Positions 47,401 to 57,830 of a stretch of 64,000 nt of DNA are shown here, piece by piece. The DNA is taken from contig OZ024740.1 of the NCBI GenBank assembly GCA_964016885.1, forward strand, positions 220,472,001 through 220,536,000. Reading direction: 5' to 3'. The notes under the pieces were generated by a model, which searched no databases, was not told the origin of the DNA, and saw nothing but the letters and a program-made list of their open reading frames with translations. This DNA comes from Eledone cirrhosa. Taxonomy: Eukaryota. How positions within the stretch are numbered: position 1 is the stretch's first letter; each line of letters opens with the position of its first letter. The translations under genes and the position numbers were made by a program.

Positions 47401-50400
47401 ACTGAGGTCAACACTTTCTCACTTTCTCTCTGGGAGAGATCAACTATGTCCAGACTTGAAGAGAGATTGACTTCACTTAGTTTAAAATGCTCCAATGAGT
47501 CTACCAAGTGCTAAAGGCTGATGGATAGCCCTTTTAAATTCAGCATACACAGAAGAAAGAGAAAACCACTGAAATGGCCTAAGGGTACAATCTTCTTAAG
47601 AAGTTTAACATCAAAATCTGCCTAAATCCTATACATTGATGGCATGAGTATCATAATAATAATAATACATACATACATACATACACACACAGTAACTAGA
47701 GAATCCAGACATCGATCCCAGTACCTCTCGCATGTTAAGTGAGCATTCTACCATCTGAGTTAATTCTTGCACAGATAGGTGTATATATAAATATGCTAGG
47801 AAGGGCATCCAGCCATAGAAAACCAGCCAGAAACAGTCCTATATGAGCAAGACACGGTCACCCGACCCAACTTGCCTCTAAATGGGACAAACCCGTCTAA
47901 CTTATGCTTGCGTGGAAGATGGGCGTTAAACGATGATGATGATGTATATCATACACAACCCAAGTATAAATAAAGCTGTATATCTATACAGGCAATCATA
48001 ACTTATTTTATTTTAATTCCTAATTTATATCTATAGTGATATATTTCTTCTAAAAAAAAAACCCTTCCATATAAGGGTGCATCTAATATGCTGATGAATC
48101 TTATATTCTGAAAAATATAATAGTTTGTCTTTTAAGTAAGATTTCAAATTCCTGCAAAAGTGACTGTCTTCCTTCAGGATATATAAAATAAGTACCAGCA
48201 ATTATTAGCACTATCTCAATCAACTGTGCACCACAATTCACAAAATTACATTTAAGTGAAATTAAGTAATAAAGTATTTTCATTACAATAAATCCAGCCA
48301 CAACACTTGTCATAAGGTCCTTTTTGAGGCCTTGTTTTATGGCCGGATATCCTGCCTCATAGAACATGCAGATATACGGTGCATCTATTCTAAACCAGAT
48401 ACACATTATTGCTTTCATAACAATAAATGTAAGAATAAAAACATTTCCAAAAAAGATACATCCGTGAATTACTGGTAGACAAAATTTTCCAAGTTCTGGT
48501 TGTTGGGCTAGTTCCCTGGTAATATGACCATTCCAAATGAATTGTGGGTCCCCCTGTGACATAAATATAGAATAAATGACAAAGCAGAAATGAATTAGTA
48601 GATTCATGGGGTGAAACTAGAAGAGCAGATATAAATAAATTAGTCTGAAATATTAAATGAAGGGAAGAATAGAGTAAAATAAAAGAAAACCTCAAACAAA
48701 ATAACCTGACCCAGCCCAACTAATGCATTCTTTTTCTTCACCCACTTATTCCTGAGAGGGTTGTAGTCCTCAAACACTCCTTCCAATGGATCCTGTTAGA
48801 AGCAACCACCTCCAACTGAACTGGCTGGATCCCCAAACGTGACCAGCTAAGCTCATTGATGTTATCCAACCATCTTGCTCAGGGTCTACTCCTGGGTCTC
48901 TTGCCAGTTGGTTTTGCTTGTAAAATCTGTCCAGTCATTCTTTCCCCCGAGACATTCTAACCACATGCCCATAGTATCGGAGCTGTGATCTCTCAATTTG
49001 GAGAAGCAGTGGCTCTACCTAGAACAACTTTCTTATCTATGAGCTAAGCACTCTATCTTTCTCCTTAAAACTGCAACTGACAGGAATTCCCTCCTTGTAC
49101 AACCAAGAAAAACTCAAATTAAACAAAGTTATGAAAGCATCTTACCCTATCAAAAAGTGGAATGTTCATAAAATCTGGACTTGTATTTGCTAATCGTTGT
49201 AGGGAATGGCTTAAATCAAATGTTGAAGAAAAGTAAAAACCATCTGTTTTAAGGAAACTTTCAACCATCGTTAAATAGACTCTGTTGTCTGTGATCTGAA
49301 AATAAAAATAAAACAATATCAGATAATTAGTGGACCTGTGGCATCAATAATGACAGCGCTAATGTTTAGCATATTTTATTTTGGAAGTTCAGAATTGCTA
49401 TGCCATATATACCAGGATAACCAGACATATGAACAATCATAGACTGGAAAATTTGCATTTTGATAAAATAATGGTTTGCATAAGAGAGACCCTATAGTTT
49501 ATGCTGATTCCTAACACATGGAACTGATGAAAAATAAGAATGATATTTTAATAATTTAATTTTAGGATATAATAAAAGCAAGACGTTGTTCCCGGAACTG
49601 TTAGCCACAGACAGTGACAGCTCGTCCAGCCCTTGCCAGCTTGGAAAACAGATGTAAAATTATGATGCTGATGAATGGATATCCAATAGGTTGTGCATAT
49701 TATGTTTTTAATAAAGTACTTGAAATTTTGAACTTAGCTTATGGATCCAAGTTACTATCTCCGTGGACCCCAGATTGAGAACTACTAATATAATCAATTA
49801 AATTGACCCTAAAAAATGAAAGGATTGGATTTTACAGTTACTTATATATAAGTCAGTTTTCAACCACACACTCCCGTATCAAAAATCTGGATTATCTATT
49901 TTCAACATCTGACCCAATTGGAGTATCCTTAAAATCAGATGGAATGACTACAGAATCAGCATTAGTGTCCCGAAGAGAGCAAAGACCCCCCATCATCAAG
50001 AGCTACCTTCAGTGGGCAGGATATGTGCTTTGAATGGAAGTCAACTAACATACCAAGAAAATTTTCTACAGACTGCTGAGGAAGGAGAAATGATTAAGAG
50101 CACAACTGAAATATTTCAAGGAAGCCTTGAAGTCAACATTCAACTCTAACATTAAGGCCAACAAATAGGAAGCTTTCTCCTATGATGGCCTGGAGTTTCC
50201 GCATTCATTAGGGGCAACAACAAAAAGGCTTTCTCCTATGACAGCCAGGGGTTTCCCCATTCATTAGGACCAACAAATAGGAAGCTTTCTCCCATGACAG
50301 CCTAAGGTTTCTCCATTCATTAGGGCCAACAAATAGGAAGCTTTCTCCCTTGACAGCCTGGGGTTTTCCCATTCATTAGGGCCAAAAACAAAAAGGCTTT

Positions 50401-53400
50401 CTCCTATGACAGCCTGGGTTTTCCCCATTCATTAGGGCCAACAACAAAAAGGCTTTCTCCTATGACAGCCAGGGGTTTCCCCATTCATTAGGGCCAACAA
50501 ATAGGAAGCTTTCTCCCATGACAGCCTAAGGTTTCTCCATTCATTAGGGCCAACAAATAGGAAGCTTTCTCCCTTGACAGCCTGGGGTTTTCCCATTCAT
50601 TAGGGCCAAAAACAAAAAGGCTTCCTCCCTTGACAGCCTGGGTTTTCCCCATTCATTAGGGCCAACAACAAAAAGGCTTTCTCCCATGACAGTCTGGAGT
50701 TTCCCCATTCATTAGGGTGAACAACAAAAAAGCTTTCTCCTATGATGGCCTGGAGTTTCCTCATTTTTTAAGGTGTAAATCAAAAATTGTCAAAAGATAT
50801 TTTGATCGAACTTGCTTCATCTATTTTGTTTGAACCCATGCTTCCCAAACTGAACTAAAATGTATCAATACACATGAGATGGCAACTTAAAGGTATAGCA
50901 GTATGTTTTCATCATTCAAAATGTTAATATGAAATAATCACTATAAAGTGAATAAAATATCTTCAAAAGTACAAAGATAATCAAACATTATATTTGTAAA
51001 AAAGACATAATAATACAATCTAAACTTTCCATAGAAGATATTTTCATTAGCACAAACCTGTTTTTCTGTGAGGTGAAGCATAGTTCGTTTGTAAGAATGA
51101 ATCTCTGTATCTGTTATCTTCCATATTGAATGTCCATTAATCTCACCAACTTTACTTTTTTGGGATATCACAATGAGATAAGGTCCTGAAGAAAGAGTCA
51201 ACAATAATTAATACTCTGAATTCCAATATATGAAACCAACAAGGAACTAAATTTTCAAGAATGTCTTGCTAATGCAGCTTCGTGTGATATACAACATTAA
51301 GAGTTAAAGAACAAACTACTAAAACTAATACAAAAATTGTAAGTTGATATACTAACCCAAACGTACTTTAATAATACAGGAAATAATAGCCCCTCTAACC
51401 CTCCCCTTGTTTTCTTTCAGGATCTCTTCAAACAAATCTCTACTAACATTGTTGTTTCATATCACATGCCCTAGTTTATAAAGCAATGCTATATAATGCA
51501 AAATGTTTGTTTTTATATGTCCTCTTTCATGGATATTTCATGAATGTTGATGACAGTGATTTGGTATAATAATTAGAGTGGCATTTGTTCTAACTCTCTG
51601 CACTCTGAGTTCAAATCCTGCTGTGACCAACTTTGCCTTTCACCCTTTTTTTTTGGGGGGGGGGGGGGGGGGGTCAATACAATAAAATACTTATCCAGGG
51701 TAGTGGATTGAGTATGGTATTTATTTTGGCTCTTTGCATTCTGAGTTCAAATCCTGCTGTGTAAAGCTTGCTAGTAAAGTGGTAGATTTCATCTGACACC
51801 CGGTTTAACACCACCATCTGGTGTTAAACTGGGTGGACCTTTAACAGGGCCCAACGTTGTTGTAAGCATTTGGTCCAGGTCTGTAGTTTGAGAATACCTT
51901 TCTCGTTCCCTCTCAACAGTTTTAGGGATCCTAAAATGGGTCATGAGCACTGCCTTTCGCTCCCTGACTAAAATAGTAAGAAAAAAATATTTGATTGTGG
52001 CAATGGTTACTTCATGTCTTACACAACTAATTTTCAGATAAAATGATAATAAACAGGAACAAACAAAAAGATTGTTCTTATACCAAACCAAACTATTAAA
52101 CTATTGATGATGTGACGATAATGATGATGCCAACAACAAAAAATTTGATAACAAGCAGAGAGACAGTTAGCTGTAAAACCTTCACACTAACAATTACTTG
52201 TAATGTAACAAAATTTAAACTTACCAGCTACCAATCTGAGGATACCTAAAATACCATAAATAGGTTTTACTAAAGCTGCTTCTGGGATTTTGCTTCCAAC
52301 TGTAGATAAAAATATATATGTATATATATATTATAACTATTGCCAAAAGAAAAATTATTTATAATTAAAAAGAAAATCAGAAACACAATTTTAATCACTT
52401 ACTTATTCACAGAGTAAGCTTTCAAATTAAATCATGCAATAATTTGTTAGGTTAAAACTGTAGATATTTCAATAGAAGCTGAAAAAAGACAAAAAATTAT
52501 TAGTAAATATTGTTGTTGACAATCTATTTTTAGGTTCCTTGAGCAATAGGAAACTTTGTATTAGAAAGTTAATAGCTTCAATGTTTTTGTCCATGAAAAC
52601 AGTATATTGCAGGTGTGGGTTTGAGTCCCATGAATTTCCCCTCATCTCCTGGGGCTAATATGCCCAACTTAGACTTTCATAGTAAAAAACTTTGAAGCTA
52701 CTAACTTTCTAACTCAATATTTATCACTGTTGAGTTGCAAATTCAAAATATACTAAAACAAATTGTATTGGTAATTCTATTTACTTCTATTGAGTTAATC
52801 AAGAATAGAAGCAATTTTGAACTAGTTTATTTATCATGTATTAGAATGTTCAAAGCATACTTCTCATCATTAAATATAAGAATCCAGAATATTTTCTTTC
52901 TCTACACATTAGCATACTTATTTCAATCCAGTAGTGATTGAACAGAGTCAAGATAGGCTCAAAAGGACTCTTTAGTCTTGCTATGAATGTAATAATCTCT
53001 CAGTAGTGTAACTGGGGTTGGGGATGCAGTCTGCCCCAGGCAACATTTTAAGAAGGAGTCACTGAGCAATATGCTATATTTTTTGTGGAGAAGGCTGCCC
53101 CAGGCAGCACACACACTAACTGTGCTACTGACCTCTCTAGTACTGGAGCCTCAATAAAATGCACTTATTACACTCTGTAAAATAAGTGGTGTTAGTTACA
53201 AAGAGTATCCTGCTATAGAAACCATTCTAAAAATGGAATGTACAAGCAACAAATGGTTCTTCAACTCATCTAGGAATAAAGACCTAACTTGGACTGTAAA
53301 AACCCAACCAAACCATGCTAGCGTGAGGAACAGACATAAAGTGATGATGATGCCTACTGTTCTAGCAGTATTAGTGATTTAGTGTAATGAAGATGTGAAT

Positions 53401-54088
53401 GTATGTAGCTTCGTGGTTAGGATGGTTGGTTCACTATCAAAACATTTTGAAATCGATTTCTGGCAATGTGTTGTGTCCCTGAGTAAGACATTTCGTGATG
53501 TTCCAGTTGGCACAAATGAGTTGCTGATTCTCCCTGAGAACTATATTAATGATACACGTGTTTGTGGAATGCTCACTCAACTTGTATTTTAATTTCACAA
53601 GCAGGTTGTTCCATTGTTTTGAACAATGAGATGAGAGTAAAGATGTGTGTGTGAACTTGTCTTATACATCGCCTTTCTTTATTTCCATATTCCAGTCACT
53701 TCTATGCGCCACTACACTTCTCTTAGTCCTCCTCTCTCAATTCTATATTTCATCTGCCTGTCACCCACCTCATGGATTGCTTCTGCCAACCACTGACTGC
53801 CGGTCTCAGGTATTTTTGCCCATTGCTGTCATTGACAGCATTTGACTGTTTTAACAGCTGTTCTAGCAATGAGTTTTCTCATTTTGCTATGAATTCAAAT
53901 TTACTCTTGCTTCGTCTCAACCAGAGACAACAATTTTATTCATTTAAGTCAATGAAATAATAGTAAAGAAGGAATTATGGGAAAACTTACCTTGCAGGTT
54001 TATCTCTTGAGTGACACGGTCAATGACTAATAATTCATTAGTTCCTGAATCTTTAGCTTCAATAATGAATTTTTCTGATGTAATATGC
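19049..54088 (-). CDS. SACM1L: Phosphatidylinositol-phosphate phosphatase Sac1, span of 17 coding exons (1744 nt); ATG exon not found in the window
   Basis: All exons are bounded by GT-AG and join in frame. Hallmark motifs: [24 protein letters not shown], catalytic [12 protein letters not shown] (CX5R), [14 protein letters not shown], and two C-terminal transmembrane segments. Confidence 0.97.
22433..22493 (-). CDS. SACM1L: SAC1 exon, first TM helix ([20 protein letters not shown]), 61 nt
   Basis: Poly-T tract with cAG acceptor and G|GTAAGT donor. Confidence 0.92.
23402..23732 (-). mobile_element. Second near-identical copy of the tRNA/CORE/RTE-tail SINE
   Basis: Collinear with 15700-16032 with few substitutions. 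Older head-only or other-tail relatives lie near 9940, 13015, 20876, 23180(-), 38095, 38370(-), 53410 and 59170. Confidence 0.85.
25280..26400 (+). mobile_element. RTE subfamily 3' end carrying a distinct tandem array in its 3' UTR
   Basis: 25290-25380 resembles the ORF end (..[14 protein letters not shown]). 25490-26210 holds about 8 diverged modules (ctgtccctcctcatag..catccagt..ggctcc), followed by the standard tail motifs. Confidence 0.7.
26644..27620 (-). mobile_element. Non-autonomous Helitron-like element
   Basis: The minus strand starts TATATATAAA..(CTGT)n and ends with a GC hairpin (cccagtgcaatgccggg) followed by CTAG|T. CpG-richer interior, with a 24-bp tandem duplication at 26745-26797. 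Confidence 0.7.
27784..27885 (-). CDS. SACM1L: SAC1 exon ([18 protein letters not shown]), 102 nt
   Basis: tttcAG acceptor and GCA|GTAAGT donor. Confidence 0.95.
29410..29573. mobile_element. hAT-type MITE
   Basis: Ends cagctgtgggcaa / tagcccatgcctg. 8-bp TSD atctagat / atctcgat. Confidence 0.75.
31760..32250 (-). mobile_element. Heavily decayed CR1/Jockey-like LINE fragment
   Basis: [20 protein letters not shown] resembles the LYK..IRP.LEY....W motif. Confidence 0.45.
32540..32890 (+). mobile_element. Possible Penelope-like GIY-YIG endonuclease remnant
   Basis: [12 protein letters not shown].. and ..SLSTNIW.. resemble the PLE C-terminus. Very degraded. Confidence 0.35.
33808..33901 (-). 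CDS. SACM1L: SAC1 exon ([31 protein letters not shown]), 94 nt
   Basis: aatAG acceptor and CAG|GTAATT donor. Confidence 0.96.
34134..34206 (-). CDS. SACM1L: SAC1 exon ([24 protein letters not shown]), 73 nt
   Basis: ttttAG acceptor and CG|GTATGT donor. Confidence 0.97.
34810..35390 (-). mobile_element. Degraded internal fragment of the same RTE LINE family (RT to PHD region)
   Basis: Aligns by eye with 44930-45510 ([30 protein letters not shown]), with stops and frameshifts. Confidence 0.85.
35457..35526 (-). CDS. SACM1L: SAC1 exon ([23 protein letters not shown]), 70 nt
   Basis: ttgtAG acceptor and G|GTAAGT donor. In frame with both neighbours. Confidence 0.88.
36140..36278 (-). CDS. SACM1L: SAC1 catalytic exon ([19 protein letters not shown]), 139 nt
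   Basis: Intact CX5R active site. tatAG acceptor and TGT|GTAAGT donor. Confidence 0.97.
37753..37851 (-). CDS. SACM1L: SAC1 exon ([22 protein letters not shown]), 99 nt
   Basis: tttcAG acceptor and GG|GTGAAT donor. FDFH motif. Confidence 0.93.
39378..39457 (-). CDS. SACM1L: SAC1 exon ([21 protein letters not shown]), 80 nt
   Basis: ttttAG acceptor and AG|GTATCA donor. Phases match both neighbours. Confidence 0.9.
39801..39869 (-). CDS. SACM1L: SAC1 exon ([23 protein letters not shown]), 69 nt
   Basis: ttacAG acceptor and TTG|GTATGT donor. Confidence 0.95.
41180..41368 (+). mobile_element. Full-length copy of the second SINE family
   Basis: Box A at 41188, box B at 41251, near-identical to 113-298. 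Other copies near 8860(-), 14340(-), 17283, 20560(-), 29830(-), 40870(-), 47280, 51600, 55640 and 61340. Confidence 0.85.
41608..41694 (-). CDS. SACM1L: SAC1 exon ([21 protein letters not shown]), 87 nt
   Basis: ctgcAG acceptor and CAC|GTAAGT donor. Confidence 0.96.
41945..42600 (-). mobile_element. CRE-clade (restriction-like endonuclease) non-LTR retrotransposon fragment
   Basis: SGAWLN..SLRLGL..CHC..SCRYS..H.ALN..LEPVGL..GDGKR(L)DG..IWDATC: a decayed zinc knuckle plus PD..D nuclease motifs. Confidence 0.75.
42899..43086 (-). CDS. SACM1L: SAC1 exon ([37 protein letters not shown]), 188 nt
   Basis: Acceptor TTCCTTAATattttcatcAG and CAG|GTAAAT donor. Confidence 0.96.
43205..43575. repeat. 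About 4 x ~96-bp tandem amplification inside an RTE-tail element
   Basis: taggaagggcatccagccatagaaagcttg recurs near 43216, 43311, 43405 and 43502. Confidence 0.9.
44141..47233 (-). mobile_element. RTE-clade LINE, 5'-truncated: intact ORF (partial APE endonuclease + RT + PHD-like finger), 3' UTR and (GAT)n tail
   Basis: Frame open from about 47230 (IIKLRL..SAYAPQ) to the stop at 44450. Motifs [50 protein letters not shown]. Possible 7-bp TSD ATTATCA at 44138 and 47234. Confidence 0.95.
47697..47769 (-). pseudogene. tRNA-Ala(AGC)-derived pseudogene
   Basis: The minus strand reads ..gaattaactcagatggtagaatgctcacttaacatgcgagaggtactgggatcgatgtctggattctcta, collinear over 73 nt with metazoan tRNA-Ala(AGC). 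Stems are disrupted and the anticodon now reads AAC. Confidence 0.75.
48460..48553 (-). CDS. SACM1L: SAC1 exon ([18 protein letters not shown]), 94 nt, followed by a U12-like donor
   Basis: cacAG acceptor and T|GTATCTTTT donor. FIWN motif. Confidence 0.92.
48730..49100 (-). mobile_element. 3' fragment of a third RTE-like LINE family (also 38578-38750 minus and 40345-40540 plus)
   Basis: [24 protein letters not shown], with a shared end caggaataagtgggtgaagaa. Confidence 0.75.
49146..49295 (-). CDS. SACM1L: SAC1 exon ([27 protein letters not shown]), 150 nt
   Basis: ttttcAG acceptor and AGG|GTAAGA donor. FYFS motif. Confidence 0.95.
49980..50160 (+). mobile_element. Decayed LINE RT C-terminal fragment abutting the minisatellite
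   Basis: LQWAGYVL.M...[21 protein letters not shown] resembles the RWAGHV.RM..PK.IFY..KD.LK motif. Confidence 0.55.
50156..50765. repeat. Minisatellite, about 11 x 56 bp
   Basis: Unit gccaacaaataggaagctttctcccttgacagcctggggttttcccattcattagg. Confidence 0.97.
51058..51185 (-). CDS. SACM1L: SAC1 exon ([21 protein letters not shown]), 128 nt
   Basis: ttcAG acceptor and CAG|GTTTGT donor. Lies inside ORF-track 50941..51204. Confidence 0.92.
52225..52299 (-). CDS. SACM1L: SAC1 exon ([24 protein letters not shown]), 75 nt
   Basis: ctacAG acceptor and G|GTAAGT donor. PIYGILG motif. Confidence 0.92.
53001..53130. mobile_element. Small hAT-like MITE
   Basis: Imperfect TIRs cagtagtgtaact / aactgtgctactg. 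Internal ctgccccaggca appears twice. Confidence 0.5.
53991..54088 (-). CDS. SACM1L: SAC1 exon ([32 protein letters not shown]), 98 nt
   Basis: ttctAG acceptor and G|GTAAGT donor. Similar to human HITPEKFYVEA..LTIDRVS. Confidence 0.92.
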
Positions 54089-57000
54089 CTAGAAAATTTC
54101 ATATTTCATTATTAGTAAATACTAATTAATTTTAATTTTGATTTTAAAACAAACTTTAAAGCAAACTAAATATCAGAATTGTTTTTTAAAAAAATGTACC
54201 CAGTACACTCTGTAAAGTGGCTGGCTTTAGGAAGATCATCTAGCTCTAGAAACCATATGAGCAAGACACATTCTTCTGACCTACCTGGTCTTCTCAGACA
54301 CTAACAACCCATTCAACCCATGCTTGCATGGAAAGCAAACATAAAACAACAATGAACATGTTTAAAAATAAATGAAATAATTCTGGGGAAAATATGAATG
54401 AAGACTGGTGTGAATGGTGTTGAAATTTCAAAGCCTTATTTCCCTCCTAAAAACAAGTTACATGTTAGAGATATCAATCCAAACTAGATTTTTTTAAATT
54501 GTAGCAAAATGACAACCTTTTATTTCAATAATCTCTTTTGGTTTAAATTCAAACAATTTAATTTTCTAACCATATCCAATGTGTGTCACCTTGGGAAATG
54601 GTTTCTACTATAACCTCAGGCTGTGAATGAAATTGGTAGATAGAAACTGTATATATGTAAGTGTGTGTGTGTGTGTATGTACATATACATGTATGAATGC
54701 ATGCATCATCATCGCTATTACTTTCATTGATTTTTCCATGCTGGCATGAGTTGGACAGGACTTTTTGAGGCAATGTTTTTCACCCATACTTTTAGATGCT
54801 TCTTATGGCACACAAAGATACAGTATATCTATTCTAAACTGGATACACATAGCATGTATATATATGTATACACACACATGCGGATGTGTGTGTGTGTGTG
54901 CATGCATGCATGTATATATGGCTATGTCTGGTTTCTTTGTATCTTGGCTTTACATTTGACACTGTTGGTGGTGATGTTTGTTTATATTTCATGCAAACAG
55001 AAGTCCTGCAGTTAAATGTATGAAGATTTATACATTATATGAATAAGTCAGAGTTGGCATCAGGAAAGGCATCTCGTCAAAGAATTCTTGGTCAACATAT
55101 GCAAGCATGGAAAACTAGACATAAAAACAATGATGTTGACAATGATGATACTCCTCCAAACATTATAAATGGAACACTAAAATAACAATTTCCTCAATTC
55201 TTACGAAATGAAAATCTTCATTTCATTTCATGTATTTACCACCAAATCAATATTAAAGCTGCTATGTCTTTGTTTGTAGTATAATGTATTGCCATCTACA
55301 TTATCTGATGCGGAATATTTACATCCCTATTTATGAGGGTTTGGTGTGCCTTGAGGAAGATTTAGCAGCTATTTCTAGCTGGTCAAGTAACTGCATTTCA
55401 TGTGAGGAGATGGAGTCAGTGAAAGATGACTGGATTAAAGATTTACATTGTTTCTGTAGGTTAGTAGCATTACTCTTATTTTAATCAGTGGTAGACAATC
55501 TGTCACATGGTTTAACTCATAATGTCTGTACCAAATGAAACTGCATTAGCCAAACATTCTTGAAAAGTACAAAATAGCACTGTACTAAGACTGCATCACA
55601 TGAAAAATTAAAGCCTTTAGCATTTACCTTTTTCTATACCTTTTATCCTTATGGGGTCAATAAAATAAGTACCAGTAATGCACTGGGTAATTGCTGGCCT
55701 TGTGCCAAAAGTAGAAACAATTATTCTATATATACTATTGTATTTTCACGGTAAATACTTTATCTCACATAATATCGATTCTACGAGATTTTGATATTAT
55801 TTATTTTGAGAACAATACCTTAACATCAGTATGAGTGGCTGGTTACAGCCAGTTTGAAAAGAAAGAGGTGAAAGAATTCTGGCCTGATACAGCCGGTTTA
55901 AATGCCAAAGGGTTAATACTGCAAATTTTCACAATCAGTTCACTGGTAAAGATACTATTAACATTTGAATTAATCTGTTTTTAGTTATTTACTGCTAAAT
56001 CATTATAGGATGATAACCAATAACACCACCACCTGGCTCTGTGATTTGAGGATACTTTTCCTGCCCTCCCTCTTACCTGTCTTGGAGGTCCTGAAAAAGG
56101 TCCTAGGCACTACTCCCCTCGTCTAAGTAGTATTAAAAAAAATAGCTTCAACCATAAAACAGTCAACAGCCACATCAGCAGATTATCCAATTCAAACTCA
56201 AAAATGAAAAAAATATCATTGACAGGAAGATGTTGGTGATAGGAAGGGCATCCACCATAGAAAGCTTGCCAGACACTAGTGTTGGTGATCTATACAATAA
56301 ACGCAAACAGTACACGCTGTAAAATGGTTGGTGATAGGAAGGGTGCCCAACCGAAAAACTCTTGCCAAAAACGAGGTCAGAGGGGGGCTTCAGCTGTGTC
56401 AAAGAAATGACAACCTTTCCTGTGCACTTGGTGAAACATAAGACCATACATAAGTGAGACACAGATCCTGGCCTTTCTGGGAGATCAGTGACTTCAATTC
56501 AGTGCAGACCTGGTTTATGTAGACCCGTCCAGCCCTTTGCTGGCAAGGGAAGCGGACATAAAACGATGATGATGATGAAGTACACAAGTTTCCAGCATAG
56601 GAAATTTTAAAGGTTGACCTTCTCCAAATTTGTATATTTTATAGGCCTAAGCTTGACTGAGTGCTTAAGAAATTTGTTTAGCAACCATGTTGTTCTGGGT
56701 TTGATCACACTGTGTGATACCATAGGCAAGCATCTTTTACTTATAGCCTCAGGCCAACCAATTCCTTGTGAGTGTATCAAAAGCAAGCAGTGACATTTGT
56801 TTATGTCCTGCAGCTCAGCAGTTTGACATACATCAGTGACATATGCACGGATCCTTAATTCTTGGTAGAATTGTAAGGGCATTATAGTGACATACAATGT
56901 TTCTTGGGCATTTTAAACCAGGTGGAGCTCATCCCTTATCAAGTCTGAACATATATACATCACACACACACACATATATATACATACACATATATAATCA

Positions 57001-57830
57001 CACACATATATATATAATATATATATATATGTAATAATAATAAATTTGAAGACTAAAATCCAAAGAGGGCTCGATAAGGACAAATATATATCAAATATAT
57101 GTACATATTTATTTATATAGAAGGGGCTACTTCATAATTTCCATGAACTAAAATTCACTTACAAAGCATTGGTCAGCCATAGGTTATAGTAGAAGACTAA
57201 GCAGTTGCAATGGTATCAAACCCCAAACCACGTGATTGCAAAATGAACTTTATAACCACAGAGCTATGCATGAGGTTATAAAATATGAAATATTTATGAA
57301 TTATCTGAGAGAAACAAATTGCAGAAAAACAGACACTAGAAATATTCACAATATCAGTCTTAATCAATCTGACAAATATTTTTTTAAAAATCCCTATTAA
57401 ATATGTGATGGTGATGATGATTGAAATATTCATCATCGTTTAACGTCCATTTCCCATGCTAGCATGAGCGTTTTTATTAAATCAATAAACAAAATCCGTC
57501 ATTTTGTCTGCTGGGTTCAGCTCAAACACTGCTCTAACATAGGTGTGGGGTCTATCACCCTCTCTTCTTCCCTCTTTCTTTTTTTTTTTATTGTCTAACA
57601 ATCCTTTCCCTTTCATTTATAGCATTGATAGTCTTTCCCAAAGCAACTTTCTTTTTCTATATGTTTGACTAAATATTAAATATTTTATTATTTTTATGTA
57701 AATTTATCCTAGGAATATATTTGAGTATTTTGAAGTAACAAAAAAAAAAAAAAATGTGAATTAGCATATCATCATAAACAAAAGATAACAAGAAAAAAAA
57801 AGAGATTTTTTAACCAGAACATAAAAATGA

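Larger units (their letters stand above)
43087..48459 (-). other. U12-type (minor spliceosome) GT-AG intron of SAC1
   Basis: 5' splice site GTATCTTT (consensus GTATCCTT). Branch point TTTTCCTTAAT about 11 nt upstream of the AG, with no long polypyrimidine tract between them. Confidence 0.85.

Noticed and set aside
48101-48719. 168-aa and 109-aa ORFs as separate genes
   Set aside because: Only the 94-nt SAC1 exon is homologous. The rest is AT-rich intronic read-through.
51656-51673. Poly-G tract as a functional G-quadruplex (also 2066-2078)
   Set aside because: A homopolymer expansion within a SINE remnant, with error-prone length and no supporting context.
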